Assembly: GCA_018711655.1 (NCBI GenBank)
Contig: DVIA01000043.1
Coordinates: forward strand, 14,130 to 78,129
Source: Candidatus Pullichristensenella avicola
GTDB lineage: Bacteria > Bacillota > Clostridia > Christensenellales > Aristaeellaceae
DNA length: 64,000 bases
Reading direction: 5' to 3'
Each line of letters begins with the position of its first letter. The first letter of the stretch is position 1. Shown in pieces: positions 9,006-16,819 of the stretch. The notes below the pieces were generated by a model. The model had not been told where the DNA came from, did not search any database, and saw only the letters and a program-made list of their open reading frames with translations. Made by a program: the position numbers and the translations under genes.

Positions 9006-9175
9006 CTGCTCACCTCTTTGCATTCCAGAGCGCCCATTCCCCACCTCATTCTAACAGGCGCATCCGACGCCGTCAAGCACGCAGGGTAAATTTCCAATCG
9101 GCTTCCACGCAGAACAGAACACAGTCTTTTTCGCATGCGGTCGCACATGCAATGTTATCTTCCCGCAAACACCCC

Positions 9176-9204
9176 TTGCAATTCCGCGGGAACTGTGCTA
9201 TACT
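9176..9204 (+). promoter_or_regulatory. promoter of the SRP RNA gene
   Basis: TTGCAA (9176-9181), a 17-nt spacer, then TATACT (9199-9204), preceded by TGc (extended -10). Confidence 0.65.
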
Positions 9205-9210
9205 ACCCAT

Positions 9211-9344
9211 GTTCCACGGGTGATGACGATCGGGTCCCGTGCGGCGTCATGCTGTGAATCGTGTCAGGGCCGGAAGGCAGCAGCACTAAACAGATGTTGG
9301 CGCGCGCCGCGGGGCATGCCTGATTCGAGTCCGTGGAATTTTTT
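9211..9344 (+). ncRNA. ffs: signal recognition particle RNA (4.5S/scRNA-type)
   Basis: GTCAGGGCCGGAAGGCAGCAGC (about 9263-9286) matches the universally conserved SRP domain IV (CAGGUCCGGAAGGAAGCAGC, GGAA tetraloop). The downstream CAGATG matches E. coli 4.5S. The terminal helix pairs TTCCACGG (9212-9219) with CCGTGGAA (9331-9338) and is followed by TTTTTT. It has its own promoter and no plausible ORF. Confidence 0.8.
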
Positions 9345-9402
9345 GTCGCGCATACTGGAAAATTCACATAAGATGTGATAAAATAGATTTATCTGTGCGG
9401 AG

Positions 9403-10479
9403 GTGGGCTTGTTGACAAACCGTTTGGAGGCGTTTCTTGGCGCCATGGCAGCCCACAGCCTGTCCGCGGCGTTGATCCACCGCCCGGAAAACATGCGCTA
9501 TCTGACCGGATATACCGGCGAAGGCTGCCTGTTTGTTTCCAGAGAAGTGCAGGCCATTCTCACCGATTTTCGCTACGTCGAACAGGTATCCCGGCAAGCG
9601 CCGTTCGTCTCTTGTGTGCGTACGCGAAATGGCGCGCGCCTGGAAGAACTGGTGCGCAATCTTGTGGATCGTTCCCACAGCGATACGCTGGCAGTGGAAA
9701 CGGATTACCTCAGCTACGACGCCTGTATGGCGCTGCAAAATGCATTGGGCGACGTTCGCATGCTTTCCCTGGAAGCGCTGCCCGAATCCATGCGGATCTG
9801 CAAGGACGCAAAGGAGATCGAGGCAATTTGCCGGTCCGCAGATATTGCCTGCCGCGCCTTCGAGGCGCTGCTGGGAAAACTGCGTCCGGGCATGACAGAG
9901 CGGGAAGTCGCCATGACGCTCAATTATGAAATGCTCCGTTTGGGCAGCGAGGGCGAAGCCTTTCCCACCATTGCCTGCACGGGCATCAACGGTTCGCTGC
10001 CCCACGCGGTTCCCGGCGAGCATCGGCTTGAAAAAGGCGAATTGCTGACATTGGATTTCGGCGCCACCTGCGACGGCTACCGCTCTGACATGACGCGCAC
10101 CGTCGCGATCGGCAAAGTTTCCGACAAACTCCGGTCTCTTTATCAGGTGGTATTGGACGCGCAGCTTCTGGCGCTTTCCGCCATTCACCCCGGCGCGGTA
10201 TGCGAAGAGATCGACGCGTTGGCGCGCGATTATATCCAGGCGCGCTATCCCGACGCTTTCGGCCACGCGCTAGGCCATGGCGTAGGGCTTTATATCCACG
10301 AACAGCCCCGGCTCGGCAAGGGCGACAGGACCATTTTACAGCCCGGTCATGTCGTTACGGTCGAACCCGGCGTATATATCTCCGGTCTCGGCGGCTGCCG
10401 GATCGAGGACATGGCGATCCTGACTTCGGTCGGTTTTGTGAATCCCATCAACGCGCCGAAGCATCTGATCGAGCTGTAA
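9403..10479 (+). CDS. pepP: Xaa-Pro aminopeptidase/dipeptidase (M24B family)
   Basis: Creatinase-like N-domain followed by the metal-ligand motifs HGVGLYIHEQP and EPGVYISGLGGCRIED. It occupies the conserved position directly upstream of efp. Confidence 0.85.
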   Translation: MGLLTNRLEAFLGAMAAHSLSAALIHRPENMRYLTGYTGEGCLFVSREVQAILTDFRYVEQVSRQAPFVSCVRTRNGARLEELVRNLVDRSHSDTLAVETDYLSYDACMALQNALGDVRMLSLEALPESMRICKDAKEIEAICRSADIACRAFEALLGKLRPGMTEREVAMTLNYEMLRLGSEGEAFPTIACTGINGSLPHAVPGEHRLEKGELLTLDFGATCDGYRSDMTRTVAIGKVSDKLRSLYQVVLDAQLLALSAIHPGAVCEEIDALARDYIQARYPDAFGHALGHGVGLYIHEQPRLGKGDRTILQPGHVVTVEPGVYISGLGGCRIEDMAILTSVGFVNPINAPKHLIEL

Positions 10480-10514
10480 ATTCCTTACATTCTATTTGAG
10501 GAGGCACATTCCCC

Positions 10515-11075
10515 ATGATCAACGCAAGCGACTTCCGAAACGGCGTCACCATTGAGATGGACAACGGCATTTGGACCATCGTCAGTTTCCTGCACGTCAA
10601 GCCTGGCAAGGGCGCGGCGTTCGTGCGCACGAAGCTGAAGAACATCGTCACCGGCGCCGTCATCGAGCGCACCTTCAACCCCACCGACAAGATGGCCAAG
10701 GCGCATATCGAGACGAAGGAAATGCAGTATCTCTACAACGATGGGGATATGTACTACTTTATGGACCTGGAGACCTACGATCAGCTTCCCCTGACGCACG
10801 ACCAGGTGGCGGACGCCATTCCTTTTGTAAAGGAAAACACCAACGTCACCGTGCGCTTTTTCAAGGGCGCGCCCTTCAGCGTTGAAGCGCCGAACTTTGT
10901 CGAACTGGAAGTGACCGCCACCGAACCCGGCTTCAAGGGCGACACCGCCTCCAACACCACCAAGCCCGCGACGGTGGAAACCGGCTTCACCCTGCAGGTG
11001 CCGCTGTTTATCGAAATCGGCGACAAGCTCAAAATCGACACCCGCAACGGCGGCGAATACCTCGGCCGCGCATAA
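10515..11075 (+). CDS. efp: translation elongation factor P
   Basis: [43 protein letters not shown] is a near-canonical EF-P N-terminus including the KPGKG loop; 186 aa. Confidence 0.97.
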   Translation: MINASDFRNGVTIEMDNGIWTIVSFLHVKPGKGAAFVRTKLKNIVTGAVIERTFNPTDKMAKAHIETKEMQYLYNDGDMYYFMDLETYDQLPLTHDQVADAIPFVKENTNVTVRFFKGAPFSVEAPNFVELEVTATEPGFKGDTASNTTKPATVETGFTLQVPLFIEIGDKLKIDTRNGGEYLGRA

Positions 11076-11165
11076 GCGGCGCAAAGAACGCACAATATGG
11101 ACAGGGCGGCACAATTTGCCGCCCGGTTTTCTGCAAAAAAAGCCCGCATGGGCGGAGGTGACGGC

Positions 11166-11684
11166 ATGGCAAACCTGAACGATAAGATCGGCTTTATTCG
11201 CGGGTTGATCGAGGGCGCACAACTCGACCCGAACGATCCAAGCGCCAAGCTCTATGCGGCGCTTGCCGATGCGCTGGAGGGCATCGCCGGCGAATTGGAC
11301 GATCTTCGCGACGGAATGAGCGAGCTCAACGACTTTGTCGAGAGCATTGACGAGGATCTGGAAGACCTCGAAGCCGCGGTGGATGGCGGCGAGCACGATG
11401 GCCGCATTGCGGAGGATGACGAAGATTACGACGAAATGGACGATCTTGCAGACGATCTCCCGAAAACAGACTCTGGTTTGCATGTGCTCCGTTCGGACGC
11501 GAGCGGCAACTGCCAGGCGCTGGCGGGCAGCATCTGCTCTGAATGCGGCAAGCTGTTTTTCGTTCCCGTAGACGAATTGCGGGCTGAAAACGAACTCTAT
11601 ATGTGCCCGCACTGTCACAAACCCGTGGATTTTGCACCGCTCACGCCGGAGAACGCCCCGATCGCCAAGCCCTACCGCGAATAG
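11166..11684 (+). CDS. acidic coiled-coil protein with C-terminal zinc ribbon (CD1247 N-terminal-domain-like; conserved efp neighbour in Clostridia)
   Basis: GGAGGTGACGGC-ATG gives a start at 11166 (the track ORF starts earlier, at 11097). MANLNDKIGFIRGLIEG..., a D/E-rich centre, then CSECGK...CPHCHK at the C-terminus. Confidence 0.7.
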   Translation: MANLNDKIGFIRGLIEGAQLDPNDPSAKLYAALADALEGIAGELDDLRDGMSELNDFVESIDEDLEDLEAAVDGGEHDGRIAEDDEDYDEMDDLADDLPKTDSGLHVLRSDASGNCQALAGSICSECGKLFFVPVDELRAENELYMCPHCHKPVDFAPLTPENAPIAKPYRE

Positions 11685-11706
11685 CGGTGACCGATCAAAC
11701 CATCCA

Positions 11707-11738
11707 GAGACCGCCCCTCGGCGGTCTCGTGTTTTTTG
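11707..11738 (+). terminator. rho-independent terminator of the pepP-efp operon
   Basis: GAGACCGCC-cctc-GGCGGTCTC followed by GTGTTTTTT. Confidence 0.8.
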
Positions 11739-12164
11739 GTGCCGGGTCTGTGATCTGATATTATTGTGCTGCCCGCCTCGCTTACGGGCGCGCCCGCCGT
11801 CCTGCGATGGCGTGTGCGTGGGCGCATTTTCATCGGAATTTCCCTTAAACCGACCATATTCTTTTTCATTCTCTATCCTTCAGTTCCACAACACTTCCGA
11901 ATCAGAACGCTGCGACCAGGGCGCTGTCCTTTCCGGCATTTTCTATCCATGCCGCCCGTTTCGCCGAAACCGCACATGTGTCCAAGGGCGCTTTTGCCTT
12001 CTGAAAATGGAGTCTGTAACGCGACAGCCTTTCTATGCGCAAAAGAGACTTTGGTCTTTACTATAGCAATGGCTGCCTCGCTCAAAGGCGGCCATTGCGG
12101 AAAGGTAAGCGTTTCTACCTATTATATATAGTTATACGCACCGCTGCTATTTTGACGCCAAACC

Positions 12165-12860
12165 CTACTCCAGCGTCCGCAGCGCCTCGACCAGGGCCGT
12201 TTTCTTCTCTGTCTTTGCGTCCTTCATTTTGATAATGCGGCCAGGGATCCCGGCGACGACGGCGTTTTCCGGTACGTCTGCCACAACGACGCACCCCGCG
12301 GCGATCACGGCGCCCCGGCCAATATGCACGCCCTCGAGCACGACGGCGTTTGCGCCGACCAGCACGTCGTCCTCCACCACCACCGGCTTGGCGCTTGCCG
12401 GCTCGACAACGCCTGCGAGCACTGCGCCCGCGCCGATATGGCAACGCCTGCCCACCGTAGCACGCCCGCCGAGCACCGCGCCCATGTCGATCATGCTGTC
12501 CTCGCCCACCACGGCGCCAATATTGAGGATGGCGCCCATCATAATCACAGCACGGTCGCCAATCTCGACATGGTCGCGGATCAGCGCGCCCGGTTCAATG
12601 CGCGCGTTGATGTTCCTGACATCCAGAAGCGGCACGGCGCTGTTGCGGCGATCCGCTTCGACGACGACATCTTCAATGGCGCCGGCATTGCGCTCCAGCG
12701 CCGCACGGATCGCCGCCCACTCGCCAAATACGATTCTATCCCCCATGCCAAAGACGCGACATCCGGGAAATTCTACTTCCGCAGCGGCCTTGACGTACGC
12801 CTTCACAGGCGTTGTTTTTTTAGCATCGTGGATAAAGCGGATGATCTCTTCCGCGTTCAT
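12165..12860 (-). CDS. dapH: 2,3,4,5-tetrahydropyridine-2,6-dicarboxylate N-acetyltransferase (hexapeptide-repeat)
   Basis: N-terminus [23 protein letters not shown] plus a left-handed beta-helix repeat region ([38 protein letters not shown]), as in DapH/YkuQ. It is the last gene of a dapA-dapB-dapH operon. Confidence 0.85.
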   Translation of the reverse strand: MNAEEIIRFIHDAKKTTPVKAYVKAAAEVEFPGCRVFGMGDRIVFGEWAAIRAALERNAGAIEDVVVEADRRNSAVPLLDVRNINARIEPGALIRDHVEIGDRAVIMMGAILNIGAVVGEDSMIDMGAVLGGRATVGRRCHIGAGAVLAGVVEPASAKPVVVEDDVLVGANAVVLEGVHIGRGAVIAAGCVVVADVPENAVVAGIPGRIIKMKDAKTEKKTALVEALRTLE

Positions 12861-12878
12861 GGCCTTACCTCCTTGCTC

Positions 12879-13610
12879 CTACGAATTTGCGCGCAACCCC
12901 AGCACGTCGTCCACGCCGTACAGTCCCGGCGCAGCACCCACGGCAAAATCCAGCGCGCGCACCGCTCCCGCGGCAAATATCCGGCGGCTGGCAGCGCTGT
13001 GGCGGAACTCCAGAGTTTCATCCGCGCCGAGAAACAGCGCGCGGTGCTCCCCGGCGACGCTTCCCCCGCGCAGGGCGTGCACGCCGATTTCCTTTCCGCG
13101 CGCTCCGGTGAAACCCTCGCGGCCGTATATGCGCGCATAGTCGCCTTCAGGGTCGATGGCGTTAAGCAGCGCCTTGGCAGTGCCGCTGGGCGCGTCGGCT
13201 TTGCCGCCGTGGTGTGCCTCGACGATTTCCGCGTCAAAGCCGTTCTGCAAAAGCAGCGGCCCAATCTGTCGCAGCACTTTGCGCAGCACCGCCACGCCGA
13301 GGGAGAAATTCGCGTCGTAGACAATCGGCACACAGGCCGCCGCCTCGCGAATGCGCGCCATCTGCGCCGCCGAGAGGCCGGTTGTGCCGACGACGGCGGC
13401 CGCGCCGGCGCCCAGCGCGCGCGTCAGCGTACCCTCGAGATTTCCCGGGAAAGAAAAATCAATCAGCGCATCCGGCTTGCCCGGCACATCCGCCGGGCTT
13501 TCAAACAGCCCCGGCGAAACCACGCCGAGAATTTCAATATCTGCGCGCGGCGCGAGCATTTCTTCGATCATCCTGCCCATTCGCCCGTGGCCGACAAGGA
13601 TTACGTTCAT
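12879..13610 (-). CDS. dapB: 4-hydroxy-tetrahydrodipicolinate reductase
   Basis: GGAGGAAGT-ATG at 13610. MNVILVGHGRMGRMI (Rossmann motif) and the DapB signature EIVEAHHGGKADAPSGTA. Confidence 0.93.
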   Translation of the reverse strand: MNVILVGHGRMGRMIEEMLAPRADIEILGVVSPGLFESPADVPGKPDALIDFSFPGNLEGTLTRALGAGAAAVVGTTGLSAAQMARIREAAACVPIVYDANFSLGVAVLRKVLRQIGPLLLQNGFDAEIVEAHHGGKADAPSGTAKALLNAIDPEGDYARIYGREGFTGARGKEIGVHALRGGSVAGEHRALFLGADETLEFRHSAASRRIFAAGAVRALDFAVGAAPGLYGVDDVLGLRANS

Positions 13611-14482
13611 ACTTCCTCCAAAATACGCAGCGCGTCCTTGAGTTTTTCGAGATTTTTCTCTTCCATCTCGCACAGCGGCAGACGGCAGGGCCCGACGTCC
13701 ATGCCCATCAGGTTCATCGCTTCCTTGACCGGAATCGGGTTGACTTCAACAAACAGCGCGTTGATCAATTCCAGATAGCGAAGCTGCATTTCCCGCGCGC
13801 GCGCCGTATCGCCGGCAAGATAGGCAGCCACCATTTCGTGCGTCTGCCGCGGGCAGATATTGGCCCATACGCTGATCACGCCCACACCGCCCAGCGAGAG
13901 AATCGGCACGGTCATGTCGTCGTTGCCGGAAAGCAGGGCAAATTCCTCGTTGAGAAGGCGGGCGATCTTCGCCGTATAGGCGATATTCCCGCTGGCCTCC
14001 TTGATGGCGCGCACATTGGGCAACCTTGAAAGCGCTTCAACGCACTCCACGGAAAGCGCGCAGCCCGTGCGCCCGGGCACATTGTAAAGGATGATGGGCA
14101 GATCGACCGCTTCGGCAACGGTGGCAAAGTGGCGGTACATCCCCTTCTGGTTGGTTTTATTGTAGTAAGGCGTAATAAGCAGGAGCCCGTCCGCGCCCAA
14201 ATCGCGAAATTTGCGGCTCTTGGCAAGCGAGGTTTCCGTACAATTGGAACCGCCGCCGGCGATCACCGGAATGCGGCCCGCAATCGCATCCACGCAGCAG
14301 CGCACGATGGCGGCGTCCTCCGCAGCGTCGGTCGTGCTCGACTCTCCTGTGGTGCCCAGCACAACCAGGCCGTCCGTGCCGTTTTCCACATGCCATTTGC
14401 AAAGTTCCTTCAGTTTTTCAAAATTGACGCTTCCATCCGCGTAAAATGGCGTCACCAGCGCCACATAGCTGCCTTCAAACAC
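13607..14482 (-). CDS. dapA: 4-hydroxy-tetrahydrodipicolinate synthase
   Basis: GAGGAGGCGATTGC-GTG gives a start at 14482; the 549-aa track ORF 13607..15256 is an over-extension. YVALVTPF, GTTGESSTT and IKEASGN (Schiff-base Lys context). A 4-nt overlap with dapB. Confidence 0.93.
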   Translation of the reverse strand: MFEGSYVALVTPFYADGSVNFEKLKELCKWHVENGTDGLVVLGTTGESSTTDAAEDAAIVRCCVDAIAGRIPVIAGGGSNCTETSLAKSRKFRDLGADGLLLITPYYNKTNQKGMYRHFATVAEAVDLPIILYNVPGRTGCALSVECVEALSRLPNVRAIKEASGNIAYTAKIARLLNEEFALLSGNDDMTVPILSLGGVGVISVWANICPRQTHEMVAAYLAGDTARAREMQLRYLELINALFVEVNPIPVKEAMNLMGMDVGPCRLPLCEMEEKNLEKLKDALRILEEV

Positions 14483-14509
14483 GCAATCGCCTCCTCGGAC
14501 GTTTTCTCC

Positions 14510-14538
14510 ATCATAGCAAACACAGAAAGAATTTGCAA
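14510..14538 (-). promoter_or_regulatory. dapA operon promoter
   Basis: Reverse strand reads TTGCAA (14538-14533), a 17-nt spacer, TGc, then TATGAT (14515-14510). Confidence 0.55.
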
Positions 14539-14557
14539 GTTTTCTCCCCAGCGCCGG

Positions 14558-14584
14558 CATTTGTTTTTTCAGCAAAAACAAATG
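14558..14584. promoter_or_regulatory. AT-rich perfect 11-bp inverted repeat (CATTTGTTTTT-5nt-AAAAACAAATG) in the divergent dapA/M20 control region
   Basis: Arms at 14558-14568 and 14574-14584 are exact reverse complements. The repeat sits just upstream of the dapA -35 box. Confidence 0.4.
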
Positions 14585-14698
14585 TATTTGTGCAAAGGAC
14601 GCATCGCGTGCAAAAATTGCAAATTTCCCACGGAGAACAAACGAACTTAAACTTGCCATGCTAAAATGGAAAATAGGAAAATGCTGGGAGGTTGCGCC

Positions 14699-15802
14699 AT
14701 GCTGGAAACCATCGTGCGGCATCGCCGCCATTTGCACGCGATTCCTGAACTGGGCTACAACCTGCCGGAAACGAGCGCTTATGTGCGCGCGCACCTGGAA
14801 CCGCTGGCTACGCGCCTGGAAAGCGTAGCAGAGAGCGGATTTCTGGCATTTTTCGATGCCGGCCGCGCTGAAAGTGTCGCCTTTCGCTGCGATATGGACG
14901 CTCTGCCCATCGAGGAACCGCAAACGTGCCCCTATGCCTCCAAACACCCGGGGCGCATGCACGCCTGTGGTCACGACGCGCACATGGCCATCCTGCTGAC
15001 GTTGGCGCAATGGCTGTCGAGCGCCGGAAAACCCCTGCCGCGCAACGTTCTTTTGATTTTCCAGCCCGCCGAGGAAAGCGGCGCCGGGGCGCGGCGCGTG
15101 GTCGAGAACGGCGCGCTTGAGCGCTACAACGTATCGCGCATTTTCGCGCTGCATGTGCAGCCCGGCCTTTGCGCGGGCACGATGGCTTCGCGCAGCGGCG
15201 CGATGATGGCCACTTCGTCCGAGGTGCGGATACGCCTGCGTGGAAAAGCCGCGCATGCCGCGCGCTGGCGCGAAGGGCGCGACGCCATGCTCGCCGGCGC
15301 GGAGGCCGTGCGCGCCGTATACGCGTTTGAACGCTCTCTGCCCGCGGAAATGCGGCGGTTAATCCGCCTGTGCGCCTTTCATGCGGGTGCCTCGACCAAC
15401 ATCGTTCCGGACTTCGCCGAGCTTTCCGGCACGGCGCGCGCCTTCAGCCGTGAGGATCACGCGCGCATCAAGGAGGGCATCGCCGCCGCCGTGCGCTCCG
15501 CCTGTGCGCCGCTCGGCGTTGAGACCAAAGTCGCTTTTTCAGAGGGCTATCCGCCCACGGTCAACGACCCCGCCCTCTATGCGCGTTTTTGCGCGCTCCT
15601 TGCCGATATGCCCCTAAAAACGCTTGACGAGCCCGACCTGACGACCGAAGATTTTTCCTTCTATCAGGAGCGTGTGCCCGGCGTTCTGTTCTACCTGGGA
15701 ACAGGCGGCGACGCGCCGTTGCACTCCCCCGCTTTCCAACTGGACGAAGGCGCTTTGCTGATCGGGCTTCAGGCCTTCCAGCGCCTTGCGCTTGCCAACT
15801 AG
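14699..15802 (+). CDS. M20-family amidohydrolase, probable N-acetyl-LL-diaminopimelate deacetylase
   Basis: GGGAGG-ATG at 14699. MLETIVRHRRHLHAIPELGY and MHACGHDAHMAILL are typical of the M20D/YkuR family. The function is assigned from its divergent adjacency to dapA-dapB-dapH (acetylase branch). Confidence 0.7.
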   Translation: MLETIVRHRRHLHAIPELGYNLPETSAYVRAHLEPLATRLESVAESGFLAFFDAGRAESVAFRCDMDALPIEEPQTCPYASKHPGRMHACGHDAHMAILLTLAQWLSSAGKPLPRNVLLIFQPAEESGAGARRVVENGALERYNVSRIFALHVQPGLCAGTMASRSGAMMATSSEVRIRLRGKAAHAARWREGRDAMLAGAEAVRAVYAFERSLPAEMRRLIRLCAFHAGASTNIVPDFAELSGTARAFSREDHARIKEGIAAAVRSACAPLGVETKVAFSEGYPPTVNDPALYARFCALLADMPLKTLDEPDLTTEDFSFYQERVPGVLFYLGTGGDAPLHSPAFQLDEGALLIGLQAFQRLALAN

Positions 15803-15817
15803 AAAGGAGGACCCGCC

Positions 15818-16810
15818 GTGAACCTCTATGGACGCAGTTTTTTGACGCTTCTGGACTTTACGCCTGAAGAAATCCGTTCCCTGCTCGATCTTGCCCGACG
15901 CCTGAAGCGCGAAAAGCACCTGCGCATCGGCCACAGGCATCTGATGGGTCGCAACATTGTGCTGCTGTTTGAAAAGACCTCTACGCGCACACGCTGCGCC
16001 TTTGAAGTCGCCGGCCGCGATTTGGGCATGGGCGTGACGTTCCTCGATCCCGCAAGTTCGCAAATGGGCCGCAAAGAGAGTATCGAGGACACCGCCCGCG
16101 TCCTCGGCCGCATGTACGACGGTATTGAATACCGTGGTTTTAGCCAAAATACCGTGGAACTGCTGGCGAAATACTCGGGCGTGCCGGTGTGGAACGGCCT
16201 GACCGATCAATTTCACCCCACGCAGATGCTGGCCGATCTGCTCACCATCGACGAGCATTTGCATCGCCTGGAGGGCGTCCGCCTCACCTTCATGGGCGAC
16301 GCGCGCAACAACGTCGCCAACTCCCTGATGATCGCCTGCGCAAAAATGGGCATGCACTTTACCGCCTGCGCGCCCGCTTCGCGTTTCCCCGATGCGGATC
16401 TGGTCAAAACCGCGCGCGAAATCGCCGTTCCCAATGGCGGCAGCGTGACCCTGACCACGGATGTGGCCGAAGGCACGCAAGGCGCCGACGTCCTCTACAC
16501 GGATATCTGGGTTTCCATGGGCGAACCAGAGTCGGTTTGGAAGGAGCGCATTGATCTTCTCCGGCCCTACCAGGTCAATGCGGCCGCTTTTGAAAACGCC
16601 GCGGAGGACGCCATTTTCATGCACTGTCTGCCTTCCTATCACGATTTAAAGACCGAAGTCGGAAAACAGATCCACGAAAGATTCGGCCTTGCGGAAATGG
16701 AAGTGACCGACGAGATATTCGAAAGCGAGCGTTCGGTGGTCTTTGACGAAGCGGAAAACCGCCTGCATACGATCAAGGCCGTCATTCTGGCGACGCTTTC
16801 CAAGCAATAG
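15818..16810 (+). CDS. argF: ornithine carbamoyltransferase
   Basis: FEKTSTRTR (carbamoyl-phosphate site), HPTQMLADL, WVSMGEP, and FMHCLPSYHDLKTEVGKQIHERFGLAEMEVTDEIFES (closely ArgI/ArgF-like). AAAGGAGG-GTG start. Confidence 0.92.
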   Translation: MNLYGRSFLTLLDFTPEEIRSLLDLARRLKREKHLRIGHRHLMGRNIVLLFEKTSTRTRCAFEVAGRDLGMGVTFLDPASSQMGRKESIEDTARVLGRMYDGIEYRGFSQNTVELLAKYSGVPVWNGLTDQFHPTQMLADLLTIDEHLHRLEGVRLTFMGDARNNVANSLMIACAKMGMHFTACAPASRFPDADLVKTAREIAVPNGGSVTLTTDVAEGTQGADVLYTDIWVSMGEPESVWKERIDLLRPYQVNAAAFENAAEDAIFMHCLPSYHDLKTEVGKQIHERFGLAEMEVTDEIFESERSVVFDEAENRLHTIKAVILATLSKQ

Positions 16811-16819
16811 GAGGATACC

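Noticed and set aside
11672-11869. 65-aa minus-strand ORF with an AAGGA RBS in the convergent spacer
   Set aside because: It overlaps the terminator and the 3' end of the plus-strand zinc-ribbon gene. The product is basic and low-complexity.
13607-15256. 549-aa ORF suggesting a long N-terminal extension on DapA
   Set aside because: The upstream 258 codons are junk and cross the divergent promoter and the M20 gene. A GAGGAGG-GTG start at 14482 gives a normal 291-aa DapA.
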